Shown here piece by piece: positions 1 through 8,159 of a stretch of DNA of 40,153 bases (position 1 is its first letter; each line of letters begins with the position of its first letter). The notes beneath the pieces are model-generated. The model ran no database searches, was not told where the DNA came from, and saw nothing but the letters and a program-made list of their open reading frames with translations. This DNA comes from a phage. Position numbers and translations under genes: made by a program. The stretch lies in sequence record OZ335957.1, one strand, 5' to 3'.

Positions 1-1764
1 TTGAGTAAAGATTTAGTGGCTCGTCAGGCGCTAATGACTGCCCGTATGAAGGCAGACTTCGTGTTCTTCCTGTTCGTCCTGTGGAAAGCTCTGTCACTAC
101 CAGTCCCGACTCGATGTCAGATTGACATGGCGAAGAAACTATCGGCTGGGGACAACAGGCGTTTCATCCTACAGGCGTTCCGTGGTATCGGGAAGTCATT
201 CATTACGTGCGCATTCGTGGTATGGAAACTGTGGAACAACCCAGACTTGAAGTTCATGATTGTGTCGGCCTCAAAGGAACGAGCCGATGCAAACTCCATC
301 TTCATCAAGCGAATCATCGACCTCATGCCTCAGCTTCGGGAACTCAAACCTAAGCAGGGGCAGCGAGATGCGGTTATCAGCTTCGACGTTGGACCAGCCA
401 AGCCAGACCACTCACCTTCGGTTAAGTCCGTTGGTATCACTGGTCAGTTGACTGGTAGTCGTGCTGACATCCTGATTGCCGATGACGTGGAGGTTCCGAA
501 CAACTCAGCGACTCAGGCTGCCCGAGACCGTCTGTCAGAGCTTGTGAAAGAGTTCGACGCTATCCTGAAGCCGGGAGGTACAATCATCTATCTGGGTACT
601 CCTCAGAACGAGATGACCTTGTATCGTGAGCTGGAAGGCCGTGGGTACACCACTACTATCTGGCCTGCTCGTTATCCACGCGACAGGAAGGACTGGCAGT
701 CTTACGGCGACCGTCTGGCTCCAATGCTTCAGGCAGAGCTTGAAGAGGACCCTGAGTCATTCTACTGGCGTCCGACTGATGAAGTACGCTTCGATGATAC
801 GGACCTTAAGGAACGTGAGCTGTCATATGGTAAGGCTGGCTTCGCTCTACAGTTCATGCTTAACCCGAACCTGAGTGATGCCGAGAAGTACCCACTGAAG
901 CTCCGTGACCTTATCGTAGCGGACTTGGACCCAGCGTCCAGCCCAATGGTCTACCAATGGTTACCGAACCCTCAGAACAAGCGTGAGGACGTTCCTAACG
1001 TTGGACTCATGGGTGACTCGTACCACACGTATCAGACTGTAGGTTCTGCCTTCAGCTCATACACCCAGAAGATTCTGGTCATTGACCCTAGTGGTCGTGG
1101 TAAGGATGAAACTGGCTATGCGGTACTGTATCAGCTTAATGGCTACATCTTCGCTATGGAAGTTGGTGGTATGCGTGGTGGTTATGAAGACTCTACGCTT
1201 GAAGCACTGGCTAAGATTGGTCGTAAGTGGAAGGTCAACGAATACGTCATTGAGGGTAACTTCGGTGATGGTATGTACCTTGAGCTATTCAAGCCTGTAG
1301 CGGCCCGTATCCATCCTGCGGCTGTAACTGAAGTGAAGAGTAAGGGTCAGAAAGAACTCCGCATCTGTGACGTTCTGGAGCCTATCATGGGATCTCACCG
1401 ACTTATCGTTAACGCTGCTGCTATCGTCCAAGACTACCAGTCGGCCTCTGATAAGGATGGTGTTCGTAACCCTATCTACTCTCTCTTCTACCAGATGACA
1501 CGTATCTCTCGTGAACGTGGAGCCTTGGCACACGATGACCGACTTGATGCGCTGGCTATCGGTGTACAGTTCTTCGTTGAGTCTATGGCTAAGGATGCCA
1601 ACAAGGGCGAACGTGAAGTAACTGAGGAGTGGCTGGAGGAGCAGATGGAGAACCCACGGAAAGGCTTCGAGTCCATCCACACTGAGTTCTGGGACAATGG
1701 GGTCCGGGTAACTCATAATACTGACGACGAGCTGGGACTAGGGTCCTACGTTACGTTCCACTAG
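1..1764 (+). CDS. 19: Terminase large subunit (T7 gp19-like), apparently full length with TTG as first codon at window position 1
   Basis: 587-aa ORF collinear with T7 gp19 (586 aa): [13 protein letters not shown], [60 protein letters not shown] motifs. Confidence 0.9.
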   Translation: MSKDLVARQALMTARMKADFVFFLFVLWKALSLPVPTRCQIDMAKKLSAGDNRRFILQAFRGIGKSFITCAFVVWKLWNNPDLKFMIVSASKERADANSIFIKRIIDLMPQLRELKPKQGQRDAVISFDVGPAKPDHSPSVKSVGITGQLTGSRADILIADDVEVPNNSATQAARDRLSELVKEFDAILKPGGTIIYLGTPQNEMTLYRELEGRGYTTTIWPARYPRDRKDWQSYGDRLAPMLQAELEEDPESFYWRPTDEVRFDDTDLKERELSYGKAGFALQFMLNPNLSDAEKYPLKLRDLIVADLDPASSPMVYQWLPNPQNKREDVPNVGLMGDSYHTYQTVGSAFSSYTQKILVIDPSGRGKDETGYAVLYQLNGYIFAMEVGGMRGGYEDSTLEALAKIGRKWKVNEYVIEGNFGDGMYLELFKPVAARIHPAAVTEVKSKGQKELRICDVLEPIMGSHRLIVNAAAIVQDYQSASDKDGVRNPIYSLFYQMTRISRERGALAHDDRLDALAIGVQFFVESMAKDANKGEREVTEEWLEEQMENPRKGFESIHTEFWDNGVRVTHNTDDELGLGSYVTFH

Positions 1765-1858
1765 CTGAATGAATAACTATGGGTGAAAGCTGCATGAATA
1801 CGCAGTTAGTAACCTATAGTTACTACCAGTCTAACCTACTGTTTTACAAGGAGTTTGG

Positions 1859-1881
1859 ACTTAACTATCACTATAGGGAAG
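1859..1881 (+). promoter_or_regulatory. Phage single-subunit RNAP promoter (right-end, phiOR-like position), +1 G at 1876
   Basis: ACTTAACTATCACTATA GGGAAG; one of 10 copies of the CTATCACTATAGG core; lies between gene 19 and the terminal repeat. Confidence 0.75.
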
Positions 1882-2060
1882 ACCCCCGGTTACTTATAGT
1901 ATTACTGTAGTGAATATACATATGCAGACTTTATGCAAGACCTTAGGAGGCAGACTCCAAGTTCTTACCTAAGGCTTGCACCGATGGAAGGAGGTGATAT
2001 TAATCATAATACCTCCAATACAGATAGTCACAGACCATAGATACAGGAGGTATGTAGCAT

Positions 2061-2219
2061 ATGGCAAAGACCAAAGCTGTACTTAAAGCTCTGGCGACCA
2101 ATCGAGCTACATACAGGTTTCTTGCTGCTGTTCTACTTGCTGCTGGCGTTACTGCTGGAAGTCAGTGGGTCGGGTGGGTCGAGACTCTCATATGTTCTCT
2201 GGTGTCTGAGTGTCGTTAA
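2061..2219 (+). CDS. Small hydrophobic protein (52 aa) in the gene 19.5 position
   Basis: ATG 8 nt after AGGAGGT; one predicted TM-like segment (FLAAVLLAAGVTAG); position after terminase as in T7 gene 19.5. Confidence 0.35.
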   Translation: MAKTKAVLKALATNRATYRFLAAVLLAAGVTAGSQWVGWVETLICSLVSECR

Positions 2220-2453
2220 CTCCGTAATGGTAACAATCAACGAAAGGAGGTAGTATGGACGAAGAGTCTTACGGTTCGTTCTCTGAAGAGGACTATAAGA
2301 CGGAGTGGGAATACGCCCATTGAAGACCTAAGGTCAGTTCATAGCTGACGCTACTCTACTGACCTTAGCTACTGTAGTCAAGGACTTTAGGTAACACCTT
2401 AAGAGAAGCTCACTTAGGGTCATCCTACTTATTGGTCTATCCTAGTGTCGCCT

Positions 2454-2493
2454 GACCTACGGTCCTTGACCTACAGTGGCTGTGGCCTACAGT
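2454..2493 (+). repeat. Short direct repeats (GACCTACGG / GACCTACAGT / GGCCTACAGT) left of the terminal repeat
   Basis: Three related 9-10 bp copies within 40 bp, directly upstream of the presumed genome terminus. Confidence 0.5.
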
Positions 2494-2531
2494 AGTGACG
2501 ATGAGTTTTGGACCAAAAGTTTGAGACCACA

Positions 2532-2725
2532 TCTCACAGTTCAAGAACCTCAAGTCTCCCCATAGGCCCTCTTTAAGTCCAGACCAAAGGCCCTACCCAA
2601 GTCTATCATAAGGTTAGACCGATGGTCAAGACTTCAGGTCAACGATAGGTGGTGACTATGGCTTAGGGAAGGACGATAGGTGGTGACTATAGGTCTGTCT
2701 TTGAGTCTCTATCTGTATCAGACCT
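2532..2725 (+). repeat. Presumed terminal repeat (collapsed to one copy) beginning at the genome left terminus TCTCACAGT; right boundary approximate
   Basis: ATCTCACAGTTCAAGAACC...CCCCATAGGCCCTCTTTAAG matches the conserved left-end sequence of T7/T3 (TCTCA(C/T)AGT...); region is non-coding and flanked by short repeat arrays as in T7. Confidence 0.45.
2642..2690 (+). repeat. Perfect 18-bp direct repeat ACGATAGGTGGTGACTAT x2 (2642-2659 and 2673-2690)
   Basis: Exact duplication read directly from the sequence, 13-bp spacer. Confidence 0.85.
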
Positions 2726-2734
2726 TGAGTCACT

Positions 2735-2820
2735 AACTACAGTCTAACTACCTACAGTCTAACTACCTACAGTCATCGACCATCGGTAATGCTGATACCT
2801 ACAGTCTAAACCTACAGTTA
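2735..2820 (+). repeat. Array of CCTACAGT(C) short repeats including a tandem 15-bp unit TAACTACCTACAGTC x2
   Basis: Copies at 2737, 2751, 2766, 2798, 2811; analogous in position to the ACCTAAAG-type repeats right of the T7 terminal repeat. Confidence 0.6.
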
Positions 2821-3241
2821 ATAGACACAATGGCTATAGACTTAAGGTCTAAGACATGTTAGTCAAAGACTATATCCTCTTACACCATGGGGCCGACGAT
2901 AGCTTAATCAATATTATTTCAAATTACCTATTGACTATAGGTCCAGACTATGGCCTAATAGCTTCCGTCAACACGACACGGCAACAACCGGATAGTGAAG
3001 ACGCCGGTGTCATCCCGGTTAAGTAGACAGCCTGATAAGTCATACGAACAACAGGCAGATGACAATAAGGTAGTAAGGTCGCTGAGGGCTTCCACTTCAG
3101 CAGGTCGGAAAGGTCCTAAAACCTAACGAGAGTCTGACCAGCTCGCCAAGTCTGCCACTGAGGTGGATAACCAGAGGAGGCAACGTGTCGCCCACTGAGG
3201 GGCTACAGCTCACAGTTTAGGTTAACAGGCTAAACAAATGC

Positions 3242-3271
3242 TTGACAAGATGTAACGATAAGATGTAATAT
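3242..3271 (+). promoter_or_regulatory. Host sigma70-type early promoter (T7 A3-like)
   Basis: -35 TTGACA (3242-3247), 18-bp spacer, -10 TAATAT (3266-3271); flanking sequence resembles the T7 A2/A3 region (..TTGACAA..GTAA..; downstream GCTCTTTAACAATCTGG). Confidence 0.6.
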
Positions 3272-3449
3272 TTACCACATCGAAACAACGGTGATGACCA
3301 ACACTGAAATGGTCTACCTGAAGTCCTCTGACTGAAGGGAATGCTCTTTAACAATCTGGATAAACTCTTAATGTGCGCCGATAGCGACTAACTACAGGGC
3401 CTTTGAGCCTACATCTGAAGGCCCTGACTGATAGTCACTAACTTAACGG

Positions 3450-3704
3450 ATGGACACTATGAAACACTTAAGCACAATCACTAATCGCAATGAAGTATTC
3501 GTGAACACTAAAGGTTATGCGTGGATTCAGCTTAAAGAGATGAGAGGAGCGCGTCACCGTGTGGTAGTGCGCAAGGTATCAAGCAAGCAGTTCAGCAACT
3601 ACAGCGTCGATACTGTGCGTATAGACAACGAGACATACCTGATAGACTCGCAGATAACCGTGAGTACTACAGCGGGCGTCTCAGCTCCTTATTTCGCTAA
3701 CTGA
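3450..3704 (+). CDS. Hypothetical early protein (84 aa), first ORF after the early promoters
   Basis: ORF in early leader position; weak RBS; alternative start at 3459; no recognisable motif. Confidence 0.4.
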   Translation: MDTMKHLSTITNRNEVFVNTKGYAWIQLKEMRGARHRVVVRKVSSKQFSNYSVDTVRIDNETYLIDSQITVSTTAGVSAPYFAN

Positions 3705-3791
3705 GAGTGATTAACTACAGGTCGTTAGACTGATAGCGGCCTGACTGATAGTCACTAACATACACATAATTAACTTTGAGAGGATATAACT

Positions 3792-4295
3792 ATGGAACGT
3801 AATGCTAACGCATACTATGAGCTGCTGGCTGCAACAGTTGAGGCATTTATCGAGCGTATTCAGTACGACCACCTGACTAAAGATGATGACTACAGCGATG
3901 CGCTGCATGAGGTAGTAGACGGTCAGGTTCCACACTATTACCACGAGATTTTTACGGTGATGGCTGCTGATGGTATAGACCACGAGTTCGAAGACTCTGG
4001 GATGATGCCTGAAACCAAGGACGTAACGCGTATACTACAAGCTCGCATCTATGAGGCGCTTTATAACGATGTGTCTAATAGCTTGGATGTAGTCTGGTTT
4101 GAGGATGAAGAGGCAGACGAAGAGGATGAATATTGGGTAGTTGACGCTAAAACAGGCGCAATAATTGTGCAAGCTGTAGCTCTTGAGGTCGCTACTGCAT
4201 GTGCCAAGGTCAACTATGCAATAGGTCGCCACCTGAAGGTGGAAGACATCAATGATAACGTAGTGTTCGATCCTGCGGCTGAGGACTGCGAGTGA
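3792..4295 (+). CDS. ocr: Ocr-like anti-restriction protein (T7 gp0.3 DNA mimic) with about 50-aa C-terminal extension
   Basis: [43 protein letters not shown] closely matches T7 Ocr; acidic tract DEEADEEDE; RBS GAGAGG. Confidence 0.85.
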   Translation: MERNANAYYELLAATVEAFIERIQYDHLTKDDDYSDALHEVVDGQVPHYYHEIFTVMAADGIDHEFEDSGMMPETKDVTRILQARIYEALYNDVSNSLDVVWFEDEEADEEDEYWVVDAKTGAIIVQAVALEVATACAKVNYAIGRHLKVEDINDNVVFDPAAEDCE

Positions 4296-4444
4296 TGGTA
4301 ACTTATGGTATCTGCCAGCACCACGTCGCCAACGCCCGGCTTATGGTCAAGACCGGGCGGTTAACCCATGATGAGACTATGCGTCTCCTGAAGGTGGTCT
4401 ACAAGCGGCGCAAGCGTATTCACGACAGTTTGCACGCTGAGTGA
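4295..4444 (+). CDS. Hypothetical small early protein (49 aa)
   Basis: ATG overlaps Ocr stop (TGATG); basic C-terminus; below the ORF-track size cutoff. Confidence 0.3.
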   Translation: MVTYGICQHHVANARLMVKTGRLTHDETMRLLKVVYKRRKRIHDSLHAE

Positions 4445-4509
4445 TAAACGAGAGGTCACGACTGATAGGTGGCCTCAAAGATTATCACTTAAATTGATAG
4501 AGGTTAACT

Positions 4510-4599
4510 ATGAGTGTTGGACATTGGGTATGCTTATCTCCGGTCATCTTTCTGATAGCTTGGGGGATATACGACTGTATTAAACGGAAATCACTATGA
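4510..4599 (+). CDS. Hypothetical small hydrophobic peptide (29 aa)
   Basis: ATG after AGAGGT; stop overlaps next start (ATGA); hydrophobic core. Confidence 0.2.
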   Translation: MSVGHWVCLSPVIFLIAWGIYDCIKRKSL

Positions 4600-4793
4600 G
4601 TCTTGCACTATTGATAGCCATAGGCTATGGACTTATCGCATACGTGCTTGTGAGAGACATCAACAAAGCGCGTAAAGTCTACAAATTCAACTATGTACGT
4701 CTGGGCCGCTGGACTGTACGTCAACCTAACGGACGATTCATGCGCAACTTAGCGAACGTCTGGGATATAGCAACTATTGGGAGCAAACTGTAA
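4596..4793 (+). CDS. Hypothetical early membrane protein (65 aa)
   Basis: N-terminal hydrophobic helix LALLIAIGYGLIAYVLV; translationally coupled to flanking ORFs. Confidence 0.45.
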   Translation: MSLALLIAIGYGLIAYVLVRDINKARKVYKFNYVRLGRWTVRQPNGRFMRNLANVWDIATIGSKL

Positions 4794-5053
4794 TGAAAAC
4801 CGTATACATTAACAAACCATCTAGCCATAGCCGTGTAGAGCAAATAGAGCGTGACATGTTCTTACATCGCCGCATGAGGGCTGAGGGCCATAAGTACGAA
4901 CTGATGAGTCTGGCGTTTGGTGGACGACCGATCACTGACGATGGTAAACTTTTAGTCTCAGGCTGGAAGGCGATAGACCAACGGTCAACCATCAAGCACA
5001 CGACTCACGGTGACTTCAGCCATCTCCACGCTAACCCACTGATATGCAAGTGA
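4793..5053 (+). CDS. Hypothetical early protein (86 aa)
   Basis: TAATG coupling with upstream ORF; occupies the region where T7 carries gene 0.7, but far too small to be a kinase. Confidence 0.5.
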   Translation: MKTVYINKPSSHSRVEQIERDMFLHRRMRAEGHKYELMSLAFGGRPITDDGKLLVSGWKAIDQRSTIKHTTHGDFSHLHANPLICK

Positions 5054-5058
5054 TTATG

Positions 5059-5081
5059 ACTTAACTATCACTATAGGACTC
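5059..5081 (+). promoter_or_regulatory. Phage RNAP promoter immediately upstream of the RNAP gene, +1 G at 5076
   Basis: ACTTAACTATCACTATA GGACTC; 20-mer identical to the copy at 1859. Confidence 0.75.
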
Positions 5082-5150
5082 AAGGTCTAAGACTCCAAGT
5101 GAAAGACCAAAGAGACTTTAAGTGAAAGACTAATAACAAGGACTTTAAGT

Positions 5151-7832
5151 ATGAGCGTCATCTCTATTGATAAACACGACTTCTCTGATGTGTCTAACGC
5201 CATTGAGCCGTTTAACCTGCTGGCTGACCACTACGGGCAAGACCTTGCAGTCAAACAGCTTCAGCTTGAGCATGAGGCCTACACTGAAGGCGAGCGACGT
5301 TTCATCAAGAACCTTGAGCGTCAGACCGAGCGAGGGGAACTGGCAGACAATCAGGTCGCCAAGCCTTTGATGCAGACTCTGGTTCCTAAGATTGCGCAAG
5401 CCGTCAAGGAGTGGCACGAAGGTCCAGACGGGAAGCTGTCAACCTCACGTCCGAGCGTAGCGTTCACCATGTTAAGCACTGAAGAGAAGGCCGTCAAGGA
5501 CCGCTCTCTTCGCATCTCCTGCGAGTCTGCTGCGGTTATCATACTGAAGGTCATCCTCTCCAAGCTGGTCAAGCCTGAAGGTATACCGATTACACCGATG
5601 GCCTCCGCGATAGGTCGCACACTTGAGGATGAAATCCGATTCGGTCGCATTCGTGACAAGGAGAAGGAGCACTTCAAGAAGGCGATAGCTGATAACCTGA
5701 ACAAGAGAGCCGGGGCATCATACAAGAAAGCCTACATGCAAGCGGTCGAGACATCCATGCTGGAGCAAGGCCAACTAGAAGATGCGTGGGGAACTTGGAG
5801 TCCGACCGAGGCTGTCCACGTTGGAATCAAGATGCTGGAGATTGTCATACAGTCAACACAACTGGTCGAGCTTAAGCGTTACGGTGCTGGCAATGCAACG
5901 GCTGACGTTGAGATGGTCCACCTGTCAGACTTCTGGGTCAAGAAGATGGCACAACGCGGCTTCAGCCTTGCGGGTATCGCTCCAGTCTACCAACCTTGCG
6001 TAGTTCCACCTAAGCCGTGGACTGGTGTCGTAGGCGGTGGGTACTGGGCCAAAGGTCGCAGACCATTACCACTGATTCGCTTAGGGTCTAAGTCTGCGGT
6101 GGCACGTTACGAAGACGTGTATATGCCTGAAGTCTATGACGCTGTTAACATCATCCAGAATACACCTTGGAAAGTGAACAAGAAGGTTCTGGACGTGGTG
6201 AACATGGTCGAGAAGTTGAACAACACGCCTATTGATGACATCCCTCAGATGGAGCCACTGAAGCCTGAAGAATATGCGGGTGAGACTGAAGAGGAACTCA
6301 AGGCGTGGAAGAAAGCGGCTGCTGGTATCTATCGCCGCGAGAAGGCCAGACAGTCACGCAGATTGTCGCTGAGCTTTATCGTTAACCAAGCGAACAAGTT
6401 CTCTCAGTTCAAGGCCATCTGGTTCCCGTACAACATGGACTGGCGCGGTCGCGTCTACGCTGTGCCGATGTTCAACCCTCAGGGTAACGACATGCAAAAG
6501 GGTCTACTGACTCTGGCAGTCGGTAAGCCTATTGGTGCTGATGGTTTCAAATGGCTGAAGGTCCACGGTGCAAACTGTGCGGGTGTCGATAAAGTCACCT
6601 TCGAGGAGCGCATCAAGTGGGTGGAAGACAACCACGACAACATCATGGCTGCTGCTAAGGCACCGATGGATAGCATTGAGTGGTGGGGCAAGTTAGACTC
6701 TCCTTTCTGCTTCCTTGCGTTCTGCTTCGAGTATGCTGGCGTGATGCACCACGGATTGTCTTACTCCTGCTCGCTGCCGATAGCTTTCGATGGGTCCTGC
6801 TCTGGGATTCAGCACTTCAGCGCTATGCTTCGTGACCACATCGGTGGACATGCAGTAAACCTGACGCCTTCCGGTAAGGTCCAAGACATCTACCGCATCG
6901 TTTCTGACCGCATTGAGGAAGAGCTTAAAGTCCTGCTGGTTAACGGCACGGACAACGAGATGGTAACTCACGAGGACAAGAAAACTGGTGAGATTACCGA
7001 GCGTCTCAAGCTGGGGACACGAGAGCTGGCCCGTCAGTGGCTGACCTACGGTATGTCACGCAAGGTTACTAAGCGCTCAGTCATGACTCTGGCCTACGGG
7101 TCGAAAGAGTACGGCTTCGCAGACCAAGTTTACGAGGACATCGTGATGCCCGCGATTGACTCAGGGTCTGGCGCTATGTTCACTGAACCAAGCCAAGCAT
7201 CTCGCTTCATGGCTAAGATGATTTGGGAAGCTGTGAGTGTGACCGTAGTTGCTGCGGTTGACGCGATGAAATGGCTTCAGGGTGCTGCCAAGCTGCTGGC
7301 GGCTGAAGTGAAGGACAAGAAGACTGGCGAAATCCTGAAGCCTTGCCTTCCGGTACACTGGGTCACACCTGATGGGTTCCCGGTCTGGCAGGAATACCGC
7401 AAGAAGGATACCACTCGTCTGAATCTGATGTTCTTAGGGTCATTCAACCTTCAGCCTACCGTCAACAAAGGCACGAAGAAAGAGCTGGATAAGCACAAGC
7501 AGGAGTCAGGCATTAGCCCGAACTTCGTCCACTCACAAGATGGTAGCCACCTCCGCAAGACTGTAGTCCACACGCATCGCAAGTATGGCGTGATGTCATT
7601 CGCAGTGATTCATGATAGCTTCGGGACAATCCCGGCTGACGCTGAATATCTGTTCCGTGGTGTCCGTGAGACGATGGTCGAGACCTACCGCGACAACGAT
7701 GTGCTGCTTGACTTCTACGAGCAGTTTGAATACCAGCTTCACGAGAGCCAGCGCAATAAGTTGCCAGAGCTTCCGAAGAAAGGTAAACTGAATATCGAAG
7801 ACATCTTGTCTTCAGACTTTGCATTCGCTTAA
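5151..7832 (+). CDS. 1: Single-subunit DNA-directed RNA polymerase (T7 gp1-like)
   Basis: 893 aa; collinear with T7 RNAP: PFNLLADHYG, CVVPPKPWTG, WFPYNMDWRGRVYAV, FCFLAFCFEY, IHDSFGT, C-terminal FAFA. Confidence 0.98.
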   Translation: MSVISIDKHDFSDVSNAIEPFNLLADHYGQDLAVKQLQLEHEAYTEGERRFIKNLERQTERGELADNQVAKPLMQTLVPKIAQAVKEWHEGPDGKLSTSRPSVAFTMLSTEEKAVKDRSLRISCESAAVIILKVILSKLVKPEGIPITPMASAIGRTLEDEIRFGRIRDKEKEHFKKAIADNLNKRAGASYKKAYMQAVETSMLEQGQLEDAWGTWSPTEAVHVGIKMLEIVIQSTQLVELKRYGAGNATADVEMVHLSDFWVKKMAQRGFSLAGIAPVYQPCVVPPKPWTGVVGGGYWAKGRRPLPLIRLGSKSAVARYEDVYMPEVYDAVNIIQNTPWKVNKKVLDVVNMVEKLNNTPIDDIPQMEPLKPEEYAGETEEELKAWKKAAAGIYRREKARQSRRLSLSFIVNQANKFSQFKAIWFPYNMDWRGRVYAVPMFNPQGNDMQKGLLTLAVGKPIGADGFKWLKVHGANCAGVDKVTFEERIKWVEDNHDNIMAAAKAPMDSIEWWGKLDSPFCFLAFCFEYAGVMHHGLSYSCSLPIAFDGSCSGIQHFSAMLRDHIGGHAVNLTPSGKVQDIYRIVSDRIEEELKVLLVNGTDNEMVTHEDKKTGEITERLKLGTRELARQWLTYGMSRKVTKRSVMTLAYGSKEYGFADQVYEDIVMPAIDSGSGAMFTEPSQASRFMAKMIWEAVSVTVVAAVDAMKWLQGAAKLLAAEVKDKKTGEILKPCLPVHWVTPDGFPVWQEYRKKDTTRLNLMFLGSFNLQPTVNKGTKKELDKHKQESGISPNFVHSQDGSHLRKTVVHTHRKYGVMSFAVIHDSFGTIPADAEYLFRGVRETMVETYRDNDVLLDFYEQFEYQLHESQRNKLPELPKKGKLNIEDILSSDFAFA

Positions 7833-7846
7833 CAGGAGAGAGAGCT

Positions 7847-8062
7847 ATGAAATATGCACACAAGCATACTGGCGTTAATGGTGGGACTCAAATCGTGACC
7901 GTAACAGAACACAACGGCAAGGGTCTGGTGAAGACCACGGTCATCCCTACCGAGATGTCCAAGCAGCTTAACATCCCGTTCAAGACTCTTGTAGATCTGG
8001 TCGAGTCCAGCCACGAGAAGTACCTGAAGGACGCAGTGTCAAAACTGGAGCAGACCAAATGA
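7847..8062 (+). CDS. Hypothetical protein (71 aa) between RNAP gene and downstream promoter
   Basis: RBS AGGAGAGAGAG; no recognised motif. Confidence 0.5.
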   Translation: MKYAHKHTGVNGGTQIVTVTEHNGKGLVKTTVIPTEMSKQLNIPFKTLVDLVESSHEKYLKDAVSKLEQTK

Positions 8063-8136
8063 CAGACCTACAGTTGCTGGCCTTGTGGCTGGGAGCAATT
8101 GCAGTATTCACTTTAATCCAACGCAGAAGAGGTTAA
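8059..8136 (+). CDS. Hypothetical small hydrophobic peptide (25 aa)
   Basis: ATG overlapping upstream stop; LLALWLGAIAVFTLI helix; stop abuts promoter. Confidence 0.2.
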   Translation: MTDLQLLALWLGAIAVFTLIQRRRG

Positions 8137-8159
8137 CCTAAACTATCACTATAGGATTA
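8137..8159 (+). promoter_or_regulatory. Phage RNAP promoter (phi1.1-like position), +1 G at 8154
   Basis: CCTAAACTATCACTATA GGATTA. Confidence 0.8.

Noticed and set aside
260-1300. Plus-strand alternative-frame ORFs inside the terminase gene (260-451, 626-874, 1082-1300) and similar internal ORFs elsewhere (5167-5370, 5782-6003, 16330-16524, 17539-17871, 27533-27985, 29279-29590, 29836-30174, 33053-33235, 34064-34273, 34574-34798, 35096-35317)
   Set aside because: Fully overlapped by conserved genes in another frame; low-complexity or Ser/Arg-rich translations typical of out-of-frame reading
2255-2323. 22-aa acidic ORF after AGGAGG
   Set aside because: Spacing between the SD and ATG is only about 4 nt and the ORF is very short; kept out of the feature list
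2400-2830. Short repeat arrays as a possible CRISPR array
   Set aside because: Repeat units are 8-18 bp with irregular spacing and no spacer-repeat periodicity; the location and sequence match T7-type terminal-repeat flanks
2931-2959. TTGACT -35-like hexamer as a T7 A1-equivalent host promoter
   Set aside because: No acceptable -10 at 16-18 bp spacing (CCTAAT); mentioned only as a possibly decayed promoter
1765-3449. Possible tRNA or small RNA genes in the long non-coding stretch
   Set aside because: No cloverleaf-like arrangement or conserved tRNA boxes recognised by eye; the region is explained by genome ends and early promoters; a tRNAscan-type search would be needed to exclude this formally
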